Assembly (NCBI GenBank): GCA_030650195.1
Contig: JAUSEP010000009.1
Location: 1-52,400, forward strand
Reading direction: 5' to 3'
DNA from: Candidatus Berkelbacteria bacterium
Lineage (GTDB): Bacteria > Patescibacteriota > UBA1384 > 2-12-FULL-50-11
Length of the DNA stretch: 52,400 nt
Position 1 is the stretch's first letter; every line of letters starts with the position of its first letter. Below the pieces are notes generated by a model that was given only the letters and a program-made list of their open reading frames with translations, was not told where the DNA came from and ran no database searches. Positions 16,079-26,475 of the stretch are shown here, piece after piece. A program made the position numbers and the translations under genes.

Positions 16079-16655
16079 TCTTGCGGTGCAATTCCAAGAT
16101 TACCCGGGCGATCCGGTTGGGGTCGGGAATGTCGCTAACACTAAAATAGCCCTGTAAACCATGTCTAGCCTTATCGTCAGAGGTTCCCTCACCGGCCGTT
16201 TCAACCGTAAGTGTACCGAAGTTAAAGTAAGACCGAAGAACTCCGTCCATATTAGCTGAGACATCCTGCACTTGATGCAAATTTAATTCGGATACTTCCC
16301 GTGCCAACAGCCCTTTTTGGTTAACATTTAGAATTCTTTCTCCCGTAATAAAAATAACGTCGTAGTAAAAATCTAACCAGCTACCGAAGAGAAACGTTAA
16401 GAGAAATAAGTAGTAGCCGGACAGACCCATAACTAGGAAGCTGTGGTACTGCGAGAATTGATTGGCTACTAAAAGCTTACCGACAAAGATTAGCAATGCC
16501 GGAAAAATAAACATTGCTAGAAACAAGCCTATCGTAGCTAGAAATCCGGCCCAATGATGCCTAACTACAAAAAGAATTTGTTCGTCTGCATGTAGGTTCA
16601 GATACAGAAACGCTTGGTCGTTGGCGTCAACTTCTTCTTCTATTAAGTGACTCAT
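16056..16655 (-). CDS. Membrane protein with bacterial PH (bPH_2/YdbT-like) domain
   Basis: Two TM helices are followed by a soluble domain, an arrangement typical of DUF304/bPH proteins. Confidence 0.55.
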   Translation of the reverse strand: MSHLIEEEVDANDQAFLYLNLHADEQILFVVRHHWAGFLATIGLFLAMFIFPALLIFVGKLLVANQFSQYHSFLVMGLSGYYLFLLTFLFGSWLDFYYDVIFITGERILNVNQKGLLAREVSELNLHQVQDVSANMDGVLRSYFNFGTLTVETAGEGTSDDKARHGLQGYFSVSDIPDPNRIARVILELHRKIVNEENS

Positions 16656-16858
16656 AGTAATGAACTAATTCCTAAATAAAGGGAGCTAACAACTAGGATG
16701 GTTAGAATAAGTGCTAAGTGGATTATTAAGATGGGTATCGAAGCATCTCCTGGTAGACGATACTTAAAGACCTGGAAGAAATAGAGAAGGTTAATGATAA
16801 GGATCATAAGCAGGAACCCAGCGTAAACCCCTAGAACTATTATATTAGACAGCGACAT
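16652..16858 (-). CDS. Small two-TM membrane protein
   Basis: It is entirely hydrophobic and overlaps the next gene by 4 nt. Confidence 0.5.
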   Translation of the reverse strand: MSLSNIIVLGVYAGFLLMILIINLLYFFQVFKYRLPGDASIPILIIHLALILTILVVSSLYLGISSLL

Positions 16859-16884
16859 GCCTTAACAGTATCGCAAGCAAGTCG

Positions 16885-18054
16885 CTACGGGAAGATGTAG
16901 GTGACGTTACCGTAGAGTGCTGGGTTCACTCGTAAGCGCTCACTGTAGCTTCGGCTAACCGACCAGTTGTACTCTTCGATATCAATCGTGCCGTCACTGT
17001 TTACTCTGTTTACCCAAGCCGCATGTCCGTACGGTCGGTTAGGACCTGTAGGGATCGAGATAACTGAGTTGGCCTGCGGGGTGGAGCTTGTTTGGTAGCC
17101 TTGGTCACGAGCTAATGCCGGCCAGTTCCAGGCCGAACCTTGTCCGGGACGAGTATTATAAAATACTAATCCAAATTCCGCCTGAAACTTCCAAGCAGCA
17201 AACGAGGTGCACTGACGCTTATAGTAAAGCCACGGATCAACGGCATAGGCATCAGGTTCATTCGCCCATGGGTATCCACCAGTTCCACCGATTAAGAGCT
17301 GACCGTTACCAGAAGTTCGACGGGCATCGTAAATGGCTTGACTGATAGATTCTTGTTCGTTCTGGAGTTTCTTAAGTAACGCTTCGTACTGCGCTTGCTC
17401 TCCCTGTGTTTGAAGCAAAAGATAGTTTTTTTGTGTTCGGCGACTATTAAGAGAGTTTTTAGATTTTGTTAGGTCTTGTTTTAAACTAACTAATCCAGTC
17501 TTCTGAGCAACGCTCTCATTTTGCTTGCTTTCAAGTTCGGTTTTTGCAGCGTTGGTTTTATCTATATTACCCTGAAGCTCGGTTTGTAGGGACTGGATAT
17601 ATTGGGTTTGTGAGACCATCTCGTTCAAAGAAGAAGAGGCTAAGATCGTATCTAGCGGACTAGCCTGAGAAAGCTCGTAAAGAGAGATATAGGCGTTACG
17701 TAGCTTTAACTGTAAAGCATCAAGTTCAGTTTGGGTTTGGTCGATATCTACTGCTAATTCGCTTATGACTTCCTCTGTTACGGCAATCTGGGCTTCGGTA
17801 TTAGTAATGTTAGTTTGTGTCTCTGTGATGTCTTCGTCGAGCCCACCAACAATTCCCGTGAGATCATTAACTACGCCTTTTGTTTTCTCGAGTTTCTTTT
17901 TACTTTCATCTGCTTGACGACGTAGGTCAGCTTGACGTTGGAGTAACTGGCTTAAACTTTCGGCATTGGCCTGGGGAGGGTACAGCAAACCTATCAGCCC
18001 AATCACGGCGACAAAGATAATTACTAATCTCGTGAAGCGACCTCCAATCATCAT
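16885..18054 (-). CDS. PcsB-like secreted peptidoglycan hydrolase (long coiled coil plus C-terminal CHAP domain)
   Basis: Signal/TM segment, about 200 aa of Q/E/L-rich coiled coil, then CHAP catalytic Cys (QCTSFAAWKF) and His (GHAAWV). It lies directly downstream of ftsEX. Confidence 0.8.
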   Translation of the reverse strand: MMIGGRFTRLVIIFVAVIGLIGLLYPPQANAESLSQLLQRQADLRRQADESKKKLEKTKGVVNDLTGIVGGLDEDITETQTNITNTEAQIAVTEEVISELAVDIDQTQTELDALQLKLRNAYISLYELSQASPLDTILASSSLNEMVSQTQYIQSLQTELQGNIDKTNAAKTELESKQNESVAQKTGLVSLKQDLTKSKNSLNSRRTQKNYLLLQTQGEQAQYEALLKKLQNEQESISQAIYDARRTSGNGQLLIGGTGGYPWANEPDAYAVDPWLYYKRQCTSFAAWKFQAEFGLVFYNTRPGQGSAWNWPALARDQGYQTSSTPQANSVISIPTGPNRPYGHAAWVNRVNSDGTIDIEEYNWSVSRSYSERLRVNPALYGNVTYIFP

Positions 18055-18121
18055 GACCTACTTAGTGTAACAGAGAAGTCAATGCAATTAATGTTGAATT
18101 TATAATAATTTGACGAGTTTG

Positions 18122-19036
18122 TCAGGCCTTAAGGAATCTTCTAACAGATATGGAGCTGACGATAACCCCAAGCAGAACACCGATGGCAAGTTGGATACCG
18201 ATCAACGTCCAGAGATTAACAATGATTAATTGAAAGAAATCGACTCCAAAACTAACAAAAACTGTATTTATAGACGAGGAGACAAGATAGGCAATAAGAA
18301 GAAGAAAGATTGTTGTAAAGATCGTTCCCAAAACACCATATAAAATACCTTCAACAATAAACGGTCCGCGTACAAAGGCGTTAGAAGCACCGACGTAGCG
18401 CATAATCTCAATTTCGTCTGCACGAGCGTTAATAGTAATACGAATAATATTCATGACGTTAAAGACTGCGATAATACCGAAGAAGAGACTTAGGAAAAGT
18501 CCGGCTTTTTGAACGAATCTCGTAATAGAAAGTAAACGATCAACCGTTTCTTTGTTCTTTGAATACGACACACACTCATTACATATAATCTTTTGGCTAT
18601 CTTGAGTGGCGATAGTACTTACAAGCCCTTGGATATTATCAGGGTTTTCCGAGCGTATCTGTAAACTTCGAGGAAGAGGATTGTACGATTCTCCAACGGG
18701 ACGTTTGATGTTCTCGTTTATCGGAAGTCTGTTCCAGATCGTTAAAGCTGCTCGCTTATCTGTAAAAGTAACCTCGGCTACGCCGTTCTGAAGTTTGATC
18801 CTGTCTCCTAAGGCTGTGATGTCGCTGTCTAGTACCGCATCATCACGGAAATATATCGTTAGATCAATTTTGGAGCGGATGGTGGTAGCTAGGTCTTGTA
18901 CGATCAAACTTAGAACCAACGAAACCGAGATCATTATCAGTGTCAGTGTCATTAAAAGTGTTGCCCCTAGAGTTAACCAGCGATTTCGCCAGAAGTTGGT
19001 ATATCCTAACTTTACGATTCTTTGGAAAGTCTCCAT
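18122..19036 (-). CDS. ftsX: Cell division permease-like protein FtsX
   Basis: Four-TM FtsX topology with an extracellular loop domain. Its start overlaps the stop of ftsE. Confidence 0.88.
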   Translation of the reverse strand: METFQRIVKLGYTNFWRNRWLTLGATLLMTLTLIMISVSLVLSLIVQDLATTIRSKIDLTIYFRDDAVLDSDITALGDRIKLQNGVAEVTFTDKRAALTIWNRLPINENIKRPVGESYNPLPRSLQIRSENPDNIQGLVSTIATQDSQKIICNECVSYSKNKETVDRLLSITRFVQKAGLFLSLFFGIIAVFNVMNIIRITINARADEIEIMRYVGASNAFVRGPFIVEGILYGVLGTIFTTIFLLLIAYLVSSSINTVFVSFGVDFFQLIIVNLWTLIGIQLAIGVLLGVIVSSISVRRFLKA

Positions 19037-19785
19037 TAGATCACGTACTTTCCAGTTTTTTGGTCACTAACTAACTTCCCTGACTTCATTAGCAAAACTC
19101 TTTTTTGAATTCTATCTACGGCTTGACGGTTATGGGTAGCTAAAATTACGGTCGTCCCTTTTTGGTTGATGCGGTACAGCAAATCTATAATTTCAAAGGT
19201 ATTAACTGGGTCCAGATTACCCGTTGGCTCGTCAGCAATTAGAAGCTTAGGACCATGAACCAATGCTCGGGCAATAGCGGCCCTCTGACGCTCGCCGCCA
19301 GAAAGCTCACTCGGGTAGTTATTTTTGCGTCGCCCTAAGTTAACTAAATCCAAAACTTTTTCTACTCTTCTTAAGATATCTGCACGAGCGACTCCACAAA
19401 CTTCTAACGCGAAAGCAACATTTTCAAAAACCGTTTTTTGAGGAAGTAGCTTAAAGTCTTGAAAAACTACACCAATTTTTCGGCGATAGTACGGTAGCTC
19501 ACTACCCCTAAGGTCGGCTAAGTTACGTCCGGCAACAAAGACAGATCCAGAGCTAGGGGATTCCTGTTTCGTTAAAAATTTAATTAATGTGGTTTTACCA
19601 ACTCCAGATTGCCCAACCAGACAAACAAACTCCCCTTCATAGATTACTAGCGTCACATCACTCACAGCAGCCCGAGAGCCGTACTTTTTGGTAGCTGCTT
19701 TCATCTCGATTAGCGGCACCTTAACTTTAGAGTCGGTGACTGGTCTATTAAGTCTTGGTGAACCAACTGTCAGAATTTCCTGCAT
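19036..19785 (-). CDS. ftsE: Cell division ATP-binding protein FtsE
   Basis: Walker A GQSGVGKTT, signature LSGGERQRAAIARAL, Walker [12 protein letters not shown]. Confidence 0.9.
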   Translation of the reverse strand: MQEILTVGSPRLNRPVTDSKVKVPLIEMKAATKKYGSRAAVSDVTLVIYEGEFVCLVGQSGVGKTTLIKFLTKQESPSSGSVFVAGRNLADLRGSELPYYRRKIGVVFQDFKLLPQKTVFENVAFALEVCGVARADILRRVEKVLDLVNLGRRKNNYPSELSGGERQRAAIARALVHGPKLLIADEPTGNLDPVNTFEIIDLLYRINQKGTTVILATHNRQAVDRIQKRVLLMKSGKLVSDQKTGKYVI

Positions 19786-19824
19786 TAGCTTGAGAATACC
19801 AGGGCTGGACCTACAAGGGTAGTG

Positions 19825-21069
19825 TTAAAGCACAAATGCCCCAATAACGGCAGCGGCCATCAGAAACATCACCAAGTAACCCAAGAAGTTGCTGATCGGT
19901 GAGTTGGTATGAGATCCCATCAGCTTCTTGTTGTTAACAATCTGGAGAATGGCAAAAATTAGCAGTGGGGCGGTAATGCCGTAAAAGACACCGGTATAAA
20001 ACAGGGCTTTAATCGGATCTATCCCAAAGAGTGGGATGAGGAGGCCGACCAATGTTGAGACAATAATCACCCCGTAGAACTGCTTGGCTTGATGAAACTT
20101 CTTGTTTAACCCCTCCTGCCAGCCCATGACTTCGGCCAGAGCGTACGAGCTACTGCCAGCTAAGACCGGGATAGCCAAGATTCCCATACTGACAATGCCT
20201 AAGGAAAAGACGATATAAGCGTACGACCCAACAAATGGTTTGAGAGCTTCGGCCGCTTCTTTAGCGGTGTTGATTTGAGTGATGCCGTTGGCGTTGAGGG
20301 TCACAGCCGCCGCCACAATAATAAACCACATCACCGCATTGGAGACGAACATGCCAATCGTCACATCCTCCTTCATATCTCGCAATTCGTGCTTGGTCAC
20401 AATCCACCGCGCCATAAAGCGCTTCAGCTTGGTCTGCTTGTCTTCAACCTCCATCGAAGTTTGCCAGAAGAATAGATACGGCGAGATGGTTGTACCGAGT
20501 ATAGCGACAATGAGCAAAACCGTTTCCCGATTTAAGCTCATTGATGGTACGACAGTGTGAAAGATCGCTTCCCGCCAATTAGTTTGGGTGAAGTACGGCA
20601 CGAACATATACGCCAGCACCGTTAGGGCGATCCATTTGAGGAAGCTGGCCAGCGTCCGATAGGAAGTAAAAATTAGTAAAAGAACTATTAATATAGCGTA
20701 AAGGATGGCTAGGATTGGTTCGGGAATTGGCACGAATAAATGAGTTACATCAGCCATTGCCGCTAAGTCTGATCCGATGTTGAGTGTAATACCGGCAACA
20801 GCCAAACTAACTAAAGAAACCAGTATCCATCGAGGATAATAACGGCGAAGATTACCAGCCAAACCGTGACCGGTGACTAAACCGATACGGGCGCACATCT
20901 CCTGGACAACGGCCATTAGCGGAAAAGTAAATAAAGCGCTCCACAACAAACCAAATCCAGACTGTGCTCCAGTCTGAGAGTAAATTACGATTCCTGCTGG
21001 GTCGTCGTCACTTGCACCAGTTACTAAACCGGGACCGATCTTACGCCAAAAGCTCCCTAACCGACTCAT
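19825..21069 (-). CDS. mntH: NRAMP-family divalent metal cation transporter
   Basis: GPGLVTGASDDDPAGI motif and about 11 TM helices. Confidence 0.85.
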   Translation of the reverse strand: MSRLGSFWRKIGPGLVTGASDDDPAGIVIYSQTGAQSGFGLLWSALFTFPLMAVVQEMCARIGLVTGHGLAGNLRRYYPRWILVSLVSLAVAGITLNIGSDLAAMADVTHLFVPIPEPILAILYAILIVLLLIFTSYRTLASFLKWIALTVLAYMFVPYFTQTNWREAIFHTVVPSMSLNRETVLLIVAILGTTISPYLFFWQTSMEVEDKQTKLKRFMARWIVTKHELRDMKEDVTIGMFVSNAVMWFIIVAAAVTLNANGITQINTAKEAAEALKPFVGSYAYIVFSLGIVSMGILAIPVLAGSSSYALAEVMGWQEGLNKKFHQAKQFYGVIIVSTLVGLLIPLFGIDPIKALFYTGVFYGITAPLLIFAILQIVNNKKLMGSHTNSPISNFLGYLVMFLMAAAVIGAFVL

Positions 21070-21093
21070 AAACTAACTGTATCGATTCCCGTC

Positions 21094-21897
21094 TTAGCTA
21101 GCTAGCTCACGAAGATCTTTCTCTATTACTTTTGCCGCAAGTGGATCAAAAGTTTTAAGTAACTTTTGGTAGCTCATATAGGACTCGTCAGCTTTTTTCT
21201 TATCCCCCAACTCCTCGTATATCGCAGAGAGTAATCCGTGGAGTTGAGCGAGACGACGACCGTAGTCACTGTCGGGATGATCTGCCACGTACCATCCCAG
21301 AGATTCTTCGGCCCAATCCCTGGCCTTCTCGAAATCCCCTAGCTTAAATTGAATTCGAGCACCATCTAGTAATGTAGTTGAACGAAAGAATCCTGCTGTT
21401 GGATCTTGTTTAAAAAGATTTAAAGCTTTCTCGACAAATGGTACTGCTTGTTCGGGTAGATTCTGTTTATAGAAATGGAGTCCGAGTTTGTTATAAGTCA
21501 CGGCTAACTCTCCAAAAAATTCTGTTGACTCTAACGTCTCAATGGCCTTTTGAAAATAATTGACAGCTGTTTGGGAGTCCTGAGCATAATCTGCACAGCT
21601 AGCAATGTCCCGATAAAGCGCACCGAGCATTTTTCGATCTCCTAAAGTTCGGTATATCTCCTCAGCTGAAGCGAACAAATTTAAAGCGTCTCGGTAATAC
21701 GAGCTATCTATACTAAGAACCGCCTCTTTTGCTGAGACCCCAGCCAAATGAAATGCTCTAGCCCGAAAAAAGTTTTCGTGGTTATCTGATGCAAGAGAAA
21801 CTATCTCTTTATATGCCTTAATCGCTTCGTCAACCTGAGCGTTGTTTCGTAATCTATCGGCCTGAGAGAGTAAATCTTCAAAATCTATGCTTGGCAT
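21094..21897 (-). CDS. Tetratricopeptide-repeat protein
   Basis: Repeated A-x3-Y/F-x-K-A-helix units. Its start abuts the secA stop. Confidence 0.65.
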   Translation of the reverse strand: MPSIDFEDLLSQADRLRNNAQVDEAIKAYKEIVSLASDNHENFFRARAFHLAGVSAKEAVLSIDSSYYRDALNLFASAEEIYRTLGDRKMLGALYRDIASCADYAQDSQTAVNYFQKAIETLESTEFFGELAVTYNKLGLHFYKQNLPEQAVPFVEKALNLFKQDPTAGFFRSTTLLDGARIQFKLGDFEKARDWAEESLGWYVADHPDSDYGRRLAQLHGLLSAIYEELGDKKKADESYMSYQKLLKTFDPLAAKVIEKDLRELAS

Positions 21898-24486
21898 TTA
21901 GCCCAGATGGTGCGGGGAATTTATTAATCCGCACTGCTTGTACTTGTAGGGTTTCTTAGTAGCCGGATTTATGGCACCGCAAGGGCACGGATCGTTCCGT
22001 CCAACTTTTTTGCTATGTCCAAGTGCACTTGCCGACGGCTCAGAAGGATCGTTTGTCATTAATTGTTGTGGTGTTTTTTCCACTTTCACGGGTTCGTTAC
22101 TCTCAATTTGGGCGCGGAGCAATAGATCGACAATTTGGGCATCGATAGCCCCTTGAAGCTGGATGAAAATATCGTAGGCCTCACGTTTATATTCAACTAT
22201 CGGCTCTCTTTGGCCGTAACCACGCAGACCGATACTTTCACGAAGTGCCTCCATTGTTTTCAGATGCTCGATCCACATCGTGTCTATAATTCGCAAGCTG
22301 ATTGCTCGCTCAACATCGAGCTGAAGTTCATGCGGCCAAGAAGCGTATTTTTGTTCGTATGTCGCTAACTGCTCCGGGTTCATAAGGGAAGTCAGCTCTT
22401 CGTGTAACGCTACTGCTTGAGCAGGCTCTGTCTTCACAATGCGCTCTCGACGACGATAAATTGCCTCACGATGTTTGTTCATAACATCGTCGTATTCGAC
22501 TAATTGTTTACGGATATCAAAATTATGGGTTTCTACCTTGGTTTGTGACTGTTCGATCGCTTTAGAAAGCAGGGTGTTGTTGATACTAACATCATCTGGA
22601 ATCTTCAAGCGTTCCATCAGACCCTTCATCTTCTCGCCGCCAAATATGCGCATTAGATCATCGTCCATCGAGACAAAAAATTGACTTACGCCAGGGTCGC
22701 CCTGGCGTCCGGCTCGGCCACGAAGCTGGTTGTCTATACGACGAGATTCGTGTCGCTCTGTTCCAATAACAAATAGTCCACCTAGCTCAACGATCTGTTC
22801 GTGATCGGCTTCCCATTTTTTGAATTCAGTCTTGTCCTTATCGGTTGAAGGCGGCTGACCACCAAGAATAATATCTACACCACGGCCAGCCATGTTGGTT
22901 GCTACTGTTACGCCACCGAGTCGGCCTGCTTCAGCAACTATCGCACCTTCTTTCTGATGGTGCTTAGCGTTAAGGACTGTATGAGTGATCTTTGCAGCCT
23001 TCAGAAATTTAGAAATTTTTTCAGATTTAGCAATTGATACAGTCCCAACTAATACTGGCTGTCCGTTAGCGTTGAGCTCTTTTATAAGGTTTGTGACCGC
23101 TTGGAATTTAGCATCTTCGGTCTTAAAGATAACGTCTTGTCGATCTATGCGAACCAGCGGTCGATGCGTAGGAATGGTGACTACTTCTAGGCTATAAATT
23201 TTGGAGAATTCCTCCGCTTCGGTAACCGCAGTACCCGTCATACCTGACAATTTGGCATAAAGTCTAAAGTAATTCTGGAAGGTAATCGTTGCAAGTGTCA
23301 CTGACTCTTCTTGGACCGACACTCCTTCTTTGGCCTCGATGGCCTGATGTAAACCAGCAGAGTAACGACGGCCATGTAACATTCGCCCAGTAAACTCATC
23401 GACAATGATAATCTCTCCATCTTTAACAACGTATTCTTTGTTTTTATGGTAGAGAGTATATGCTTTTAACGCAGAATCAACGTGATGAACAAGTTCAACG
23501 TGCTCCGGAGCATAGAGGTTTTCAATCCCAATCAAACCCTCCAGTTTTGTAATACCCTCGCTTGTTAAGGAAGCGGCATGCGCCTTTTCGTCAACAGTAA
23601 AATCTACTTCTGGTTTTAACTTACTAACCGTTTGTGCAAACTTTGCGTAAAGATCTCCAGATTGGGAGCTTGGAGCCGAAATAATTAAAGGGGTTCGGGC
23701 TTCATCGATTAAAATCGAGTCAACTTCATCGACAATAGCATATACTAGCTCTCTTTGAGAAAGTTGGTTCACCGTCTGGGTCATGTTGTCTCTCAGGTAA
23801 TCAAAACCAAATTCATTATTAGTCCCATACGTGATATCCGCCCGGTAAGCTTCCTGTCTTGTAGCTTCCCGGAAGCAACGTAACCTTTCGTCACTTTCGC
23901 CGTTATCATGTGTCGGATCGTAGATGTACGAGAACTGTGGGCCAATAACTCCAACGGTTAGGCCAAGCAACGAATAAACAGGCCCGATCCAACCAGCATC
24001 GCGACGAGCCAGGTAGTCGTTAACTGTTACTAAGTGGGCTCCTAGCCCTGTCAGGGCGTTAAGAAACAGAGGAAGGCTTGCCACCAGCGTTTTACCCTCA
24101 CCGGTTTTCATTTCTGCGATCTGTCCTCGGTGCAAAACCGCTCCTCCAAGTACCTGGACGTCGTAATGCCGTAAACCTATCGCTCGCTTAGCAGCTTCCC
24201 GTACTAACGCATAAGCATATGCTTCTTTAGGGGCGAGTAACTCATTTATGATTTTTTTACGTTCTTTGTTGCGCTCCTGCCGGTCATCGATTGAGTTTGT
24301 CCCCGTTACTACCTCTAGAGCCGCCGCAGAGATAGTAGCCTTAAGCTCTGTGGATAACTTTGTTAACTGGGAGTCTGTAATTGACTCAAATTTGGTTTCG
24401 AGGGTATTAGTTTCATCAACAACGCTTTGGTAGCGACTAACCTCCTTTTTGTTGGCATCGCCGAACAGGCGCTCTAGAAAAGACAT
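21898..24486 (-). CDS. secA: Preprotein translocase ATPase SecA
   Basis: MKTGEGKTL Walker A, DEVDSILIDEARTPLIIS, TNMAGRGVDI and a C-terminal zinc finger CPCG...KYKQC. Confidence 0.97.
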   Translation of the reverse strand: MSFLERLFGDANKKEVSRYQSVVDETNTLETKFESITDSQLTKLSTELKATISAAALEVVTGTNSIDDRQERNKERKKIINELLAPKEAYAYALVREAAKRAIGLRHYDVQVLGGAVLHRGQIAEMKTGEGKTLVASLPLFLNALTGLGAHLVTVNDYLARRDAGWIGPVYSLLGLTVGVIGPQFSYIYDPTHDNGESDERLRCFREATRQEAYRADITYGTNNEFGFDYLRDNMTQTVNQLSQRELVYAIVDEVDSILIDEARTPLIISAPSSQSGDLYAKFAQTVSKLKPEVDFTVDEKAHAASLTSEGITKLEGLIGIENLYAPEHVELVHHVDSALKAYTLYHKNKEYVVKDGEIIIVDEFTGRMLHGRRYSAGLHQAIEAKEGVSVQEESVTLATITFQNYFRLYAKLSGMTGTAVTEAEEFSKIYSLEVVTIPTHRPLVRIDRQDVIFKTEDAKFQAVTNLIKELNANGQPVLVGTVSIAKSEKISKFLKAAKITHTVLNAKHHQKEGAIVAEAGRLGGVTVATNMAGRGVDIILGGQPPSTDKDKTEFKKWEADHEQIVELGGLFVIGTERHESRRIDNQLRGRAGRQGDPGVSQFFVSMDDDLMRIFGGEKMKGLMERLKIPDDVSINNTLLSKAIEQSQTKVETHNFDIRKQLVEYDDVMNKHREAIYRRRERIVKTEPAQAVALHEELTSLMNPEQLATYEQKYASWPHELQLDVERAISLRIIDTMWIEHLKTMEALRESIGLRGYGQREPIVEYKREAYDIFIQLQGAIDAQIVDLLLRAQIESNEPVKVEKTPQQLMTNDPSEPSASALGHSKKVGRNDPCPCGAINPATKKPYKYKQCGLINSPHHLG

Positions 24487-24489
24487 TAA

Positions 24490-25701
24490 TTAAATCCGCC
24501 AATGCCTAGGCAGGTTAACCGAGCCATCCGGACGTTGGTTGTTTTCGATATATGAAATTAGTAGTCTCTCAGTTGCTAATGTCCCGTTAAGGGTGTGCGC
24601 AAGCTTTTCCTGGCCATCCTGGGTACGGTACTTAATACCAAATCTACGAGATTGGAAGTCGGTACAGTTACTAGCTGAATGTGTTTCTCTGTATCTCTTC
24701 TGGGAAGGAAACCACGCCTCAATATCAAACTTCTTGGCTGCAGTCGGCCCTAAATCCCCACTACCAATCAAAACCTTTTGGTACGGTAACCCCAATTTTT
24801 TTACGAAGGTTTCCTCCATCGAGACTAGAAACTCGTGTTCTTCTGCAGATTTCTCTGGCGTGGTCACAGAAACCATCTCGACTTTGTCGAACTGGTGCTG
24901 ACGAAACATTCCCTCGACATCTTTACCATAAGAACCAACTTCACGACGGAAACATGTTGAAAAACCAACCAAACGTATCGGTAGCTCTTCTTCTTTGTAG
25001 GTTTTGTTAGCAAAGAGAGCTAGTAACGTTTGCTCAGAAGTTCCGGGCAACAGAAGATCGTCTCGTTCTACTTTAAAGAAGTCGTCTTTAAGGAAGGGCA
25101 AGTAACCGGCTCTCTCAAGAGTCTCCGCTTTCGTCATTACTGGTGGTATGACTGGAGTAAATCCGTAATGGACGGCCAACCTTAGAGCTTCTCCCATTAT
25201 CTGTAGGTGAGCCCAAGCGGCGTCTCCCTTAAGGTAGCGATAACGGGAACCGGACCAGTCAGCGGCGGTCTTAAGATCGAGCCAACCTGCCTTGGTCATC
25301 AATTCATGATGCGGTCGGCCCTCAGTTAAGCGGATTTTGCCAACTGTATCCACAACCTTGTTGGCCGATTCTCCTTCGCCGACCGGTACATCATCTGCTA
25401 CCAGATTAGGTAAGGAGAGAAGGGCAGTCTTAGCAATAACCTCGGCTTTTTTGAGGTCATCTTCAATAGCGGAAATCTTTTTGTTTATTTCCTTCGCCTT
25501 TTTTAGAGCGGCTGGAGTCGGTTTGCCGCCACGACTAAGAGTATTTTTCTTGGCTCTAAGTGGCTCAACGTCAGCCATCAAAGAACGCCACTTGGTATCA
25601 AGCTCGAGATATTTATCGATCAACTTCGGATCCTCGCCACGCTTTTTCAGCGAATCTTTGAATTTATCTGGATTTTGGCGCAATAAATCACGATCAATCA
25701 T
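24490..25701 (-). CDS. serS: Serine--tRNA ligase
   Basis: N-terminal coiled-coil arm plus class II motifs (FRREVGSYGKD, GTSEQ, GTLATERLL). Confidence 0.95.
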   Translation of the reverse strand: MIDRDLLRQNPDKFKDSLKKRGEDPKLIDKYLELDTKWRSLMADVEPLRAKKNTLSRGGKPTPAALKKAKEINKKISAIEDDLKKAEVIAKTALLSLPNLVADDVPVGEGESANKVVDTVGKIRLTEGRPHHELMTKAGWLDLKTAADWSGSRYRYLKGDAAWAHLQIMGEALRLAVHYGFTPVIPPVMTKAETLERAGYLPFLKDDFFKVERDDLLLPGTSEQTLLALFANKTYKEEELPIRLVGFSTCFRREVGSYGKDVEGMFRQHQFDKVEMVSVTTPEKSAEEHEFLVSMEETFVKKLGLPYQKVLIGSGDLGPTAAKKFDIEAWFPSQKRYRETHSASNCTDFQSRRFGIKYRTQDGQEKLAHTLNGTLATERLLISYIENNQRPDGSVNLPRHWRI

Positions 25702-25742
25702 GCTCGTAGTGTACCAAACCCCCTCCTGAAAACCAACGACCG

Positions 25743-26210
25743 TTAGTCAACGGAAACGATTTTGTACTGAATTTTACCGTCAGGTGTCTCAACCGAAACG
25801 GTATCTTTGGCTTTGTGGCCAAGTAGGGCTTTACCGACAGGCGAATCAATAGAAATCTTACCTTTGGATGGATCAGATTCAGTTGGACCGACTAGTTCGA
25901 ACTTGTCTTCTTCGCCGTCAACTAGAACAGTAACCATACAGCCGATGCCGATACTGCCGTTGCAATCAGCGTTAGAAGAAGCGATCTTGGCGTGCTTAAT
26001 TACTTCTTCAATTTCCTGGATTCTCCCCTCAACAAAAGACTGCTCTTCCTTAGCAGCAGAATATTCGGCGTTTTCTGATAAGTCGCCAAGTTCTTTTGCC
26101 CCCTTAATACGGTTAATTACTTCTGGACGTCGAACTGTCATGAGCTCTTTAAGCTCTTCTTTCAGCTTCTCCAAACCTTCTTCGGTAATGAGGATATCTT
26201 TTTTAGGCAT
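25743..26210 (-). CDS. greA: Transcription elongation factor GreA
   Basis: ITEEGLEKLKEEL...GDLSENAEYSAAKEEQ is the acidic-tip coiled coil, followed by the C-terminal FKBP-like domain. Confidence 0.95.
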   Translation of the reverse strand: MPKKDILITEEGLEKLKEELKELMTVRRPEVINRIKGAKELGDLSENAEYSAAKEEQSFVEGRIQEIEEVIKHAKIASSNADCNGSIGIGCMVTVLVDGEEDKFELVGPTESDPSKGKISIDSPVGKALLGHKAKDTVSVETPDGKIQYKIVSVD

Positions 26211-26475
26211 TGTTTTTATATGAAATATTACTTAACTTTCCATCGAGGCCAGTCTTGGCGTTTTGTGTTGAGTGTATGTTAGATAGTTTCTTTTCTTAGA
26301 CTGGGTATCTGCTAAAGCCAGGCTGCGATGCAGCGAGAACTTGAATTTCAACTTCAGCTGATACAAAGAGTTTAGCAACCTCTCAGATTCTGTCAAGAGT
26401 CAATGCACTTTTGTAGGAAGTCACAAAAAAATAACAGGGTTGCAGCAAATATGAGAGAATACACCCATCAAACCT

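Noticed and set aside
24539-26223. Long antisense ORFs opposite serS and greA (24539-24901, 24681-25010, 25337-25729, 25807-26223)
   Set aside because: They are shadow frames of strongly supported genes, with low-complexity Ser/Leu/Pro composition and no RBS.
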